This document shows, in pieces, positions 35,226-47,929 of a stretch of 64,000 nucleotides of DNA. Numbering within the stretch: the first letter of the stretch is position 1; each line of letters starts with the position of its first letter. The translations under genes were made by a program, and so were the position numbers. Source of the DNA: Carcharhinus amblyrhynchos (lineage: Eukaryota); NCBI GenBank assembly GCA_965287045.1, contig OZ336876.1, positions 49,476,001 to 49,540,000 of the forward strand, read 5' to 3'. The notes under the pieces are model-generated. The model searched no databases and was not told where the DNA came from. It saw only the letters and a list, made by a program, of their open reading frames with translations.

Positions 35226-38200
35226 CTACTTCTGTGAAGGTGGGGTTAGTGGGAAGGTTTAATATCTCATTTCTCTTTTTGCCATCAGTAGCCACACATG
35301 CTGTAACAGTGGGATAATGTCACATTTGCACTCTCTAACCAGAGAATGCTAATGGAAGAAACTATTAGAAAAAATGATTTGAAACACAAAAATTAAAATG
35401 CAAAAACTACACCTACTATATGAACTCCTTTCACAGAATATCACAGTGAAATTACTGCAAACAACAAAAGCAGTGACAACATAAGTACAGATTAATTCCA
35501 GCTTTAAGGCATTTGTTTCAGCTGTTGTACAGACTGATGTCACTGAAAAGTTATAATTTGGGCATTGTTTGCAGTTACAAAAATTACTGCTTTAAAACTG
35601 ATCAGTTGCCTTCCTAAATGTGGATAATTCTGAAGTCTTATGCATGTTTACACAAGGTAAATTGCCAATTTTAGAAGAGCACTTTTAACAGAAGTGATGC
35701 CATCACAACACAAAAGTAAAAGCGTAAGTCAATAAATAAATTTCCCACAATCTGTTAAATCAAATCAATGTAATTTAGTAAATCAGACTAGCATCAAAGG
35801 GTGAAGCCAGTATCAAACACTGAAAAGGAATTAGTGAAAGACTTCACTAAAAATCCCACCTGGCTATCAGAATATTTTTGAAAAAGATTTATAAATGGTT
35901 ATCTTTAACACTACAGAGTTAAGAATACGATTACTCATTGCTTAAATGATCCCTCTGGAGGATGAATTCAACATAAGCAAATCAAAACTATTGGATTACT
36001 GTTAAGTTTGTTAATCAAAGCAACATTAGACTCCAAATGAAACAATTCAGATGTGCACACCTGCCTTTTGTATATAATAAAACTATCCCCTTATCATTAG
36101 GTTATAATTGTGTAAAAAGCTGATCCAGTTTGGTCCTGGTTCCAGTTTTCACTTGTTCAAGTTTTAATCTGTTGCTATAAAAATGTTTTTGGCCACACCA
36201 CAAAAAACAAAATGGCCTCAAGTCACACCAAGGAAATCTGGCAATCAACAGGCAAACACCATCATAAAATTATTAATGGCTTTTAGTATTAAATGTACAG
36301 GTAAAGCTTTTCTGTGCAATCTATTCAAATTTGAATGATCTCATACATGTTAGAAGTATGAAAGATGGGAATTTACAGGGACACTGACAAGAGAAAGAGT
36401 CAGTGTCCTCATTCTTTGCATTTCTAGCATATCTGATATCAGGATGAGCAAATCACGTACTTGGCCCTTCAAAGTGGAAGAATCAATTCAATTCTGGTCT
36501 TTTGAATCCTAAAGAAAATCTTTCCTCCAAAAAGGTTCATATAGTACTTAGTATCAAATAACTGCCAAATGCATGTGCATTGTAGTAGTGAAGAATTTCT
36601 AAGGTTCTACTCAAAAGAGTTTCTACAATCTCTAACACAGATCTATTTACGGCACACTGGAGTGAAATAGAGTTTATTGTTTCTAGTAAGTAATTTCAAA
36701 TTCAAATCTGTTTCTGCAACATCTATTGAAGCAGGCTTTAGGACTACAACTATTAATGAATATACATTCAATCATTATGCTCATTAGCACAACAGACTTA
36801 AAAAACTGTTGATGCTGGTTATTTCAATTCAGCCCGTTTACTCTATTCTAACTTAGTAATTTAGTGGCAATTGTTTAAAACACATGACAAATCGTTGATA
36901 GAATTCATGAAAGAGGTCTAATTCTTCACTTTCTCTGTTCAAGTGCAGATATAATAGATTAAAATGTTTCCAGATATTTATCAATAAAAACAAACAAAGT
37001 AATTCTAATATAAAGTGCAGTGTGACAGAAAGATAAAAAGTTTACTTTTCAATTAACTCCTAATGGGATGAGATTTTTAAGCAAGATAAAAATAGGCTTA
37101 TTGAATAAACTTGCAAGTTACTTCATGTCATGGGATAAATAGCTGTTATGACTCCTTTAGTTCAGTACTGAAATTGTTTTTGGATTGTTAACCACAGCAT
37201 CAAAATATAACTGCTTCCCCAGCCAGACGGACAAAAATAAGAACTGAAATGTTTTCATTAAAGTGACAAATTTTATACAGAAGTAAATTTCACATTTGAC
37301 TTTACCTTATAAGAAGGCTACTTTTCAAGTTTTTCCTATGATACTAGGCATTGTGTGCATTTCATATCACAACATGGCAACTGTACAAGTTAGTGAAACA
37401 AATACTGTTTATTTACAATTTTGGAATAGAAACCCATTCAAACTAAAATCTGACAATATGATCTAAATGAACAAAGGAGGTAAGAATAGGATTTCTTTCA
37501 AAAATCTTGCACCAAGTCCAAGATATAAGAACATAAACTACAGGAACTGAAAAGACTCCGCTGTCCATTCAGCTGGTTCCACTTCATGTGATCAGTCCCA
37601 AGAATCAGGAAAATTACATTTCCCTTGCATTTTATTCTCCATGCTAAGTAGAAGTAGAGGCAACATGAATGTGATCCCTGGGATTTGAGGCATCTATTCA
37701 GCAGGCTGACCCAATGACTCAACCAACTCTGCTGGTCATAAGTAATGTATAAATAAACTTTGTTCGTGCATTGATTAGGCCATGCTCAATATTTAGTTTT
37801 AAAAAAAGTAATTTAAAATGTAAACCATATTTGCTTACAGGTTCCAGTGACATCATCATGACAACCTGCCCTCAACTCATAATACCATACAAAGACAATT
37901 AAATGAAGATGCTTCAGTAGTGTTTGCCATAAGTGTCTACATTCTTCAGCTTGTTAGGAAATCGTAAATTGAAATTATCCAGTACTTATTTTGGAAGTCT
38001 TTTCACCCTTGCTTGATTAATTTGTACATTTTAAAAGGAAAAGGTAAAGTCTAGGATGTCTGTTTTGCTCAGACTATTCAATTTTAGACAATTCTACGTA
38101 CAAAAATATTTTGTTTTCACAAGTGAATCTTCTTAAATGAGTACTCATATTATATTTCCTTCCTGTTGAACAATTCCAATTGATTAAGAAGCCACAAGCA

Positions 38201-38951
38201 GCTTCAAAGAGAAAAACACTATCTTGAGAAACATCTCTTTCTCTCTATGTTCTGGTAACTGAAGTTTTATTGAAGTTATTGATGTAGGATTCCATATTTG
38301 GGGCAGTCTGACCGTATTAAATATGATAAATCTTTTTTAATTCGTCCTAAAAAACCTCTTTGCCACCTTGGACTTTCAAGCAAGGACAGCATTTGGCATA
38401 AGGAACTCATTCTCACTCTACAACAGGTAGTTTTAAATTTGATTTTACAGCCATATTAAATTAAATTCAAAAGGTTTACATGGTGTTTATGTAATTGATA
38501 CAGCTCAGCTGAGGCAAAGCAAATAACTAATGAAAATTTATCTTCCAGAAAGGAAAGATTTATCACTCATATTGTACATTGACATCACATCGATTCTGTT
38601 CAAAATATTAAGTTGCTATTAGAATAAATCTGGCATATATGTAGTCCCAAACATGATGGTGCCTGGACCAAGCATCAAATGAAGTTGAAAATAACCTATT
38701 CTTCCACTATATGTACTGTCCCATGCTACGCTAGCACATAAATCATGTAGAATTATGGTAACTGTAAGAGTGGGGCATTTCAGCATCTCACCAAAGTTTG
38801 ATGACTTTAATGCCACAGCAGCCAAAAATGATTCAAGTGGTTATATTTTCAAAAATAAAATTTGATGTAAATTTTAATTAACTCAAGACACTAGCTTAAG
38901 CCATTGGGCGTTTATAAATATGAAAGTTTTAAAAATAACTCCTCCTCCTCT

Positions 38952-39290
38952 GCGGCACAGTGGTTAGTATTGCTGCGCCACAGCATCAGGGGCATTCAAT
39001 TCCGACCTCAGGTGACTGTGTGGAGTTTGCATGTTCTCACTGTGTCTGCGCAAGTTTCTGCCAGGTACTCCCGTTCCCTCATACGGTCCAAAGATGTGCA
39101 GGCTAGGTGGATTACAATGCAAAATTCGAGTCCCAAGATGTCTAGGTTGGGAAGATTAGATATGATAAAAGAATGGAGCTATGCAGATAAGACAGGAGAG
39201 GGGCTGGGTAAGATACTCTGTCAAAGAGTCGGTGCAGACCCGATGGATCAAATGGCTCCCTTCCACACTGCAGGGATTCGATGAATTCTA
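38952..39290 (+). mobile_element. HE1/V-SINE
   Basis: GCGGCACAGTGGTTAGTATTGCTGC...GTGTGGAGTTTGCATGTTCTC...GTCCAAAGATGTGCAGGCTAGGTGGATT. Confidence 0.85.
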
Positions 39291-39649
39291 CGAGCTCTCA
39301 AAAATGTAAAATTCAATTTTAGTTTAAAACCAAAATGAAAGCAGCTTCTCCTGCCTGGTTAATTTTATAGTTCCACTAACAATAAACATATAAAAATAAT
39401 TTAAGTAATTACGCTACTTTTTGATCTACTTTCTGTTAAATGGTCCAACATATGTTGAAGATGTCACGAGTGACCAATTCCCTTGCTTCCTTCATTGCCA
39501 AGTGATCTACCTGTTAAGTATCATAGCAAAGGCCAGGAATAAACCAACTTTCCAATTTCCCATCAAATGTTGTGGACAGCTCCTGGTTTCTGCCACACAT
39601 ATTCACATTGGATGAAATTTAGCAAACTAAGTAGTAATTAGTAGTTTTA

Positions 39650-40050
39650 TACTGCCTTTCATGACCTTGGGAAATGCTAAAGCTCTTCAGAGCCAAGCAT
39701 TTTTGAAGTGTATTCACTGCTGTAAGGCAAGAAAAAGTGACATCCAACTTCCACACAGTGAAGTATCATAAACAATAATGAAATAAATGACCTGATAATC
39801 TGTTTTAGTAATGTTGGTTGAGGAATAATTGTTGGCCAGCACATAGGGAAAACTCCTCTGTTCGAAAGCATCACAGCATCTTTAAAGTCCATCAGAGAGG
39901 ACAGACAGGTTCTTTAATCTCTGTTCCAAATGAGCATACCTGTTGTAGTGCGGTGTTGCTCCAGATTATGTGCTCAAGTACTTGGAGTGGAGATTGAAGC
40001 CACAGCCAGCTGATTCAGAGGCAAAAGCAAGGCTACCACAGCAAGGCTGA
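39650..40050 (-). mobile_element. SacSINE1-like Deu-SINE
   Basis: Homologous along its length to 4340-4722. Confidence 0.7.
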
Positions 40051-42455
40051 GTAGATTAAATTTAACCAAACATTTGCTCCTCAAAACAAGGCACCATTCA
40101 TAAGTGTATATTTTTGATGCTAGGTTTCCTGGACTATAGACCAAGCGCCTAGTGATGATACATTAGGCTGCTTTCAGCTGTATTTTGAAAGGAAGGTAGT
40201 GGGCGAAGGTCAGGCACAACCCCACAAGAGAGGAGAAATTTCTGACGGGTTTTATCATCAGGCTGCTCCAGTATCCAGTCTAATGGATGTTCAACAAAAT
40301 TGCAATGGAAGTCTAACACTTTGCCCACCAAAGAATTAGGTTGGTTCTTACATCAGTTGCCATTTTTGTCAACAAGTTTTGATTGCTGTGCCATACTAGA
40401 GTCTGAATCCTTATTTAAAAGAAAGATCAATAAAAGAAATAAAGATAGAAAGGTGGAAAAAGAGATCATAAAGCAGGCCTCTATGAAGCACCAGTTTATA
40501 TACCACAAGATAGAAAAACACACATGAACAACTATTTGTTTTATATCCTTTATCTATACTGCCACACTTTAAACCATGCCTTATTTTTATTCATAAACTT
40601 TTCAAATTCCGCATCAGCAAACTCCTTTCAAAATTTTCACACACATCATCCACACATTTATCAACATTCTCCATTATTTCCTTCTGTAGTATGACCTACA
40701 GAAGCTTACACACTACCAACATTAGGTTGACTGGTCTGTAGCCACCTGGCTTCTCCCTTTTGGAATAGAGGCATTATAATGGCAACCCTCTAAGTCCTCT
40801 CTCACAACTTCCAGATCTAAGAATGCTACAAAGAAAATTGGAAAATTTTACAATGACTTTTGTGAAATAATCCTGAGACCAAGTTTTCAGCAGCCTATCA
40901 TAGCTAAATGAGATACCATCCTCTTATAGTTTAAAAAGTAGCAAATTATGCTGAACTTAAGCAGCACATATGCATTTAATGAAAGTCTGAATACTGCTTT
41001 CACCTTCTTGTCAAATGCATACTGATATCTCACTCATCAGTCCCTGAGGACATGCCAGCTTTATCCTGCAGAGGAGAACAAAAGCAATGTATATTAAAAC
41101 CATCAAAGGCCATTCTTTGTTTTCCCCTGCAGGTAAATGACTAGCTTCCACTTAGTCCTCCTCACAGAGCCATGACTGAAATGGAAAGCTAAGGGCAATA
41201 CAATATTAAGAGTGTTTTACCACTGCATGTTGGGGTATGGTGTTCCAACATGAACTAACAGGTCACCACCTCAATTATTTCTAAGATAACTTCCCAAACA
41301 TTATTGATAATGCTGTTACTGTCCTCATGTAAGGCAATGGAATGATGGGACACACTCTTGCAATACTTGCAACTGGTAAAATTAGAGAAAAGGGAAATCA
41401 ACTAACATCATCACTGATAAATTGTAACTTCAAAACCTATGATCTGGAGTCAATAGGGCTCAGTAGGTAAACACAAATAACTGTGGAGTCAATAAAATAG
41501 AGCGAGACACGTCACAGCTTATACTCTTGGTCTGTTTTAAGCTTGCTATTCTTATCTGGGCTGATACTTGAGGTATGACAATTGAGCTTGGTTTTCTAAA
41601 AGCAAACACAAAGTAGGAGGATAAAAAAGAACTGTAGACTACTATCCTCCAGTCACCCAACATGGAAATATGGATGAAGACTGGGTCAGATATAAGTTCC
41701 TTCCACATTCAGTCTAGTCTCAGATAAAGAATAGCTCTTCTGCAAAAGGCCAATGTGGTCAACATCACTGCAGATTATGGAAGGAAACTAAAGGAGAGGA
41801 TTTGGGGAAATAGAAAAATCACAGGAATTAAAATATAAAAATTATTGGTGAAAACATTACAATTGGATTTGGTGGAGGGAGCAGCTAAGAGTTTAAATTT
41901 CTTAGCTCTTTGATATTGATCATAAAATGTGCACAGAATTTTATGGGGCCTGCAATGGGATAGAGAATGATGGCGGTGGGGTGGGGGAAACAACAAGCAG
42001 AAGGGGTGGAATGCCCATCACCTCGCTGCCATCATGGTATTCTGCCTGCAACGGGGACATAGAGAACAGCCCATCCATCTAGCAGCCAATTGTGTTATTT
42101 CAGTGGCCTATTAGCAGTCTCTTTCTTCTGGCCTTTGCGGAGATGGACTTCGAATTAGGTGATGAGGCCCAAGCAAGGGCCTGTGATGACAACAACGCCC
42201 AGCTATCACAAACCCCACCTGCCCTTCTTCAGAGCCTGTCTGATTGATCCCCACTTCAGTCAGCCCCACTTATCTTAATTCAAAACTTCCATCCATCATT
42301 GCATTTCTTGGTTAAGTGCAGCCCCACCAATGACCAACACTCCCGATGGTCTTGCTGAGACTGAAAAGCTGCTAGCCCTCCAAATAGGCTGGCAACTCTT
42401 GATTGCAGGTCTATTGTCAACTCACAAAACCCAGTCCTTTCAGTCAATAATTAGG

Positions 42456-45091
42456 CTCTAAAGAGCAGAATGTGGAATCATTGTGGGTGGAGAAAAGGAA
42501 CAACAAGGGGAGGAAGACGCTGGTAGATGTGGTCTATAGGCCCCCAAATAATAACTTGGAGGTGGGGCGGGCTATAAACAAGCAAATAAATGATGAGTGC
42601 AGGAATGGAACGGTGATAATTATGGGGGATTTCAATCTACATATTGATTGGTTGACCCATGTCAGATGCAGTGGGCTTGAGGAAGAGTTCTTGGAATGCT
42701 GCCAGGATAGTTTCCTTGAACAGTGTGTGATGGAACTGACGAGGGAGCAAGCTATCTTAGGTCTAGTGTTATGTAACGAGGCAGGAACAATTAGGGATCC
42801 TCTTGGGACGAGCAATCATTATATGATTGAGTTTTTGATGCAGATGGAGGATGATAAAGTAGGATCCCGGACCTGTGTCCTCTGTTTGAACACAGGGGAG
42901 TACGATAGGATGAGAGGGAAATTGGCGAATGTAGATTGGGGGCGCAGATTGGTCGGTAGGACTGCTGAGGAACAGTGGAGGATCTTTAACGAGATGTTTT
43001 TCGGTGCTCAGCAGAAATATATTCCGATGGTAAAGAAGGAACGTAGGAGAAGGGATAATCAGCCGTGGTTATCGAAGGAAATAAAGGAGAGTATTAAATT
43101 AAAAGCTGATGCGTTTAGAGTGGCTAAAAGTAGTGGGCGAGTAGAAGATTGGGAGAGGTTTAAAAATCAACAAAGAATGACGAAGAAGTTGATAAAGAAA
43201 GGAAGGATAGACTATGAAGCTAAACTAGCACTAAATATAAAAAAGGACAGCAAGAGTTTTTACAAATATATAAAGGAGGAGGAGGCTGGCTAGAGTCAAT
43301 GTTGGACCCTTAGAGGATGAGAGGGGGGATTTAGTGGTGGGAGATGAGGAAATGGCTGAGGCCTTAAATAAGTTTTTTGCCTCGGTCTTCATGGAGGAGG
43401 ACGCGAATAGTTTGCCAAATATTAAAGATAGAAGGACAGTAGGAGTTGAGGGCCTGAGTGCGATTACTGTCACTAGAGAGGTAGTGCTTGATCGACTAGC
43501 AGGACTGATGGTGGACAAGTCACCAGGACCGGATGGAATGCATCCCAGGGTTCTGAAGGACATGGCAGAGGTGATAGTGGATGCCTTAGTGATTATTTAC
43601 CAAACTTTGCTGGATTCCGGGGAAGTGCCGGAAGATTGGAAAACGGCTAATGTTACGCCGCTGTTCAAAAAAGGTAGCAGGCAAAAGGCAGGGAATTATA
43701 GGCCAGTTAGTTTAACGTCTGTTGTTGGAAAAATGCTGGAATCCGTCATCAAAGAAGAAATAGCGAGGCACCTAGAGAAGAATTGTTTGATAGAGCAGAT
43801 GCAGCACGGATTCGTTAAGGGGAAGCCGTGTTTGACAAATTTATTGGAATTCTATGAGGATGTGACTAGTGCGGTAGACAGAGGGGAACCGATGGATTTT
43901 CAGAAGGCATTTGATAAGGTGCCACACAAAAGGTTGCTTCAGAAGGTTAGGGGGCATGGAGCTGGGGGTAAGGTGTTAGCGTGGATAGAGGATTGGCTGT
44001 CTAATAGGAGGCAGAGAGTTGGTATCAGTTGGTGCTATTCTGATTGGCAGTTGGCAACTAGCGGAGTGCCGCAGGGATCAGTGCTGGGGCCTCAGCTATT
44101 TACCATTTATATAGATGATCTGGAAGAGGGGGCTGAGTGTAGGGTGTCGAAATTTGCTGATGACACAAAGATGAGTGGAAAAGCAAATTGCGCGGAGGGT
44201 GTGGAAAGTCTGCAGAGGGATCTGGATAGGCTGAGCGAGTGGACGAGGACCTGGCAGATGGAGTGCAATGTTAACAAGTGTGACGTTATCCACTTTGGCA
44301 GGAATAATAGTAGGAGGGATTACTAATTAAAGGGTGAAAAGCTGCAGCATGCTACGGTGCAGGGGGACCTGGGGGTCCTTGTGCATGAGTCGCAAAAACC
44401 CAGTCTGTAGGTGCAGCAGGTGATCAAGAAGGCGAATGGAATGCTGGCCTTTATAGCAAGGGGGATAGAATATAAAAGTAGGGAGGTCTTGCTGCAACTG
44501 TACAGGGTACTGGTGAGGCCGCAGCTGGAGTACTGTGTGCAGTTTTGGTCGCCGCATTTGCACAAGGATATTTTGGCCTTGGAGGGAGTACAGAGGAGGT
44601 TCACTAGGCTGATACCAGAGATGAGGGGGTTGGACTATGAAGAGAGACTAAATAGACTGGGTCTATACTCGTTGAAGTTTAGAAGGACGAGGGGGGATCT
44701 TATAGAGACGTATAAGATAATGAAGGGGATGGATAGGATAGAGGTAGAGAGATTCTTCCCGCTCAGAAAGGATAGCAGGACTAGAGGGCACGGCCTCAAG
44801 ATAAGGGGGGAGGGGGGCAGTTTAGAACGGAGTTGAGAAGGAACTTCTTCACTCAATGGGTGGTGAATCTCTGGAATTCTCTGCCCGTTGAAGTGGTGGA
44901 GACTACCTCACTAAATATATTTAAGTCATGGGTAGATAGGTTTTTGGTAGGCAAGGGAATTAAGGGTTATGGGGAGAAAGTGGGAAAGTGGAACTGAGCC
45001 ACTTCAGATCAGCCATGATCTTACTGAATGGCGGGGCAGGCTTGAAGGGCTAGATGGCCTACTCCTGCTCCTACTTCTTATGTTCTTATCT
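42456..45091 (+). mobile_element. 5'-truncated CR1/HER1 LINE (partial endonuclease plus reverse transcriptase), non-autonomous
   Basis: VVYRPP, IMGDFN, KSPGPDG, NYRPVSLTS, QHGF, DFQKAFDKV, SGVPQGSVLGP, KFADDTK, LVRPQLEYC; frameshift near 43290, stops at 44324 and 44408; (TTCTTATG) tail; TAATTAGG at both ends. Confidence 0.98.
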
Positions 45092-46403
45092 TAATTAGGG
45101 TGACAAATGTTAATAAGTGTAGAGAGGTGCAGAAAATAGAGCCAACATTGCAATTTAAATGTTAACAAATTAATCTGTTGTAAAATTAAGTCTTGGTTAA
45201 ATTTTCTAATGCTAATGTAATTTAATCCCTGATAATATTGAAACCTGTAAGCAAATTATTATTTTCCCATTGGTAAGAATAAACATTCAAAGCATGGTTG
45301 TACTTGAAGAGAAATCAAAACTACTTCAAAATTTCCTCTGACTTGGTTAGTTGGAACACAAATTAGCACACGGGGCCACTAAAATAATAACATTTTCACA
45401 GGATGATTTGATATTTAACTCTTTCGCTTATGTTTGTTTGATGAAACTCTGTCAACAATGAAGAACAGCTCAGTTACTTTTATTGGAATATTGTTCTTGG
45501 TTAGTGTCAATGGTCCAAACCAGAAAATCGAGGGAGATGAATTTAATATTGTATTTCTTAACTGAATTGGCCTCTTACTAGCTTATGGAACTGAGTGCAC
45601 AATCAACTGTTATACTAGAAAATCCTCAAAATAATAGAATCATACTGGGCCCTCCCTTTAATAACATGAGCAATACTGAAAAAGAGAGATATGCTGTTGA
45701 ACCTTTTCATCTTGCACTCATCCAAACAGCTGCAAGAATGCCAAACTTCAAACGTAACAGCATCATACTGCATGAGAAAAGGGTTCTGATTGGTTGGTAA
45801 GTTTGCTCAAGGCATTGCCATTGAGAATACACCAAGGAACAATTGTCACTCACTCATTTGTTTAATTCAAAAAAGGCACAATGCCTGGACATGCTCCTAT
45901 TGCCTGCAGAGGACAGGTATGGATACATGTGGCTTCCAATAATCATAAGTGATGCAAATTGTTAGCCTAAATGATAATCTTATATTGGTTATTGGTGTAA
46001 TTCTTAGCACACTTAGAAAACACAGTCCAATTGCAGTATTTAATGTCACCATGTTCTGAAATTTGCAGCTTCAACATCTTTCTTTTTTTCAGCGATGCTT
46101 AAGTTCTCTATTACATATTTTAGGACAGTTCTTTTCACAATGAAAATATAAAGTTATGTATTTTATTCTGTTTACCCATACTTTTTCCTTAATTCTGATT
46201 GTCCCTTCTCTGCTGGCTATTGAGGACATATGAAGATCCCAAAATACTGTTTCTTTCACCCAGTAACCCCAGGGAAGGTAGGCCGGGGTGAAGCAGAGGT
46301 GAAAGGTGTTTGCCAAAGGCTTTGCTTAACAGGCCTGGCTTGGGCATGGATTTTAGAGATGGGTAAAACTTGGAAATGCTTGAAGTTTGGATTGCATACA
46401 AAC

Positions 46404-46610
46404 CTGCCATTTTGAAGGAGGTTGGCAGAGAGCAAGGCCTTAAGCTGGAAGGCTGGACTTGGAATGGGTCTTTGGAGAAGTTGAGGGAGACAGATGTTGG
46501 GCACTGTATGTGCCGATGCACTGAAGAGCTATGCTGGCTGCAGGGATTGTTGGCTGCTGCTGCTCTCAACACAGCCTGATGCTGACGACGCTTCTCCTGT
46601 GCTCTAGTTT
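46404..46610 (-). CDS. AGBL5: AGBL5 exon (phase 1 to 1)
   Basis: GTTCATTTAG|AA; ETRAQEKRRQHQ resembles mammalian EPRSQDRRRQQQ; donor GCAG|GTTTGT. A second in-frame donor is possible at 46260. Confidence 0.85.
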
Positions 46611-46854
46611 CTAAATGAACAAAACACAAACACTACTAAATTAATGAACAGAGAATAAAAAATTTACATGCAACTTCTACCTGAAACTGTATGCAAACTA
46701 GGTTAATGTTTACCAAATACCTTAGTGTACACATTATATAAATGTTTTATTCCAGAAATTTGCTAAGGCACCAAAACAAAACTGTATTCAACAAGTAAAC
46801 ACATACCAAAAATTCAAAATGCATAAGCCAGAAATGTACTGTGAAAAAAGTATA

Positions 46855-47665
46855 GGGCGGGATTTCACCACCTCTTTAGCGTTGGGAAAATGCTATAAAA
46901 ATCCGCCATAAAGCGGCTAGAGCGAATGGCGCTGGTTTTTGTGACCAGCACGATGTTACAACATCCGGATTTCTGGCACGGTCAGCCTCTTGCCGGAAAT
47001 GGATAAGAGGCTGGTTAATTTATTTATTAAAATCATGTTTTGCACATGTTTAGCGAGCCTGACGCTCAATCGTCCAGGCTCACTTGCCTTTATGGCCTCG
47101 CTGGGAGTGATTCTCTTCGGCAAGGAAAAGTTGCGTCGGCCTCGCTGGTGAAACCAAGGGTCATTCAAGCCCCCGGGGAAGACAAGGGCAAGGTGGGAGT
47201 GCCCCTTCGGCAGTGCCATCTTGGCATATTGGCAATGCCAGCCTGGCATCTAGACATGCGGGGCAGTAGTGGCTACATCTAAGGCTGCGGGCCCCCACGA
47301 TTGGGGGGGGTGGGGGGGGGGGGGGGGGGGGGGGGGGCGGCAGGCGGTGGGGGGGGGTGGGGGCGGCTAGTTGAGGCTGCCTGCAGAAGCAGAGCCCTGA
47401 TAGCACTGTGTGTCAGACTCCTGCTACTGTTAATGTGCATGTGCAGCATCAGAGGTCTGCACATGCACAATACCTCCTTCTACAGGCTTTCTGGCACATT
47501 AAGCCCTACACACTGACTTCTGTAGCAAGAAGCAGACTTGCCCAAAATTTAAAAGACAGAGCGAATAAAATTGGACCTGAAAACACACCCAAAAAACGGA
47601 TCTGCAACTCTCCCTGTTTCACGCCCGCCAGACACTTAGAAAAAAATTATTGTAAAATTCCACCC
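46855..47665. mobile_element. Non-autonomous TIR element (MITE) with internal G8-T-G26 run
   Basis: Termini GGGCGGGATTTCACC and TGTAAAATTCCACCC; flanks ATA / ATG; GC-rich; poly-G at 47303-47337. Confidence 0.7.
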
Positions 47666-47929
47666 ATGGTCTTTAATTTTATTTTCTGGAATTATTAAAT
47701 GATTGGCTTTGCAAAAAGACCTAGAAAGTGTCAATAACATGTTTTCAAATAGGATCACTACAGCACTGAAAACCTGGTGGTGTCAATTAAGATTCCACTT
47801 TAAATATGTTAGCTCAATGTATAGTTCAACCACTCACAATTAGTAACATCAATGCCTACAGTTGGACTAGTTGCAATCCAAGGGCCTTTTGAAACACAAT
47901 GAAGCGTTTCTGAATCAGTAACTTATTGA

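Noticed and set aside
40149-40409. In-frame TGA at ~40353 flanked by open frame (selenocysteine or read-through)
   Set aside because: That frame needs a phase-0 donor that I could not find, and there is no recognisable SECIS or homology
42472-44836. Long ORFs (273, 330, 141 aa) as a host gene
   Set aside because: Broken ORF2 of a 5'-truncated CR1 LINE
47161-47516. Poly-Pro/poly-Gly ORFs
   Set aside because: Artefacts of the poly-G run inside a MITE
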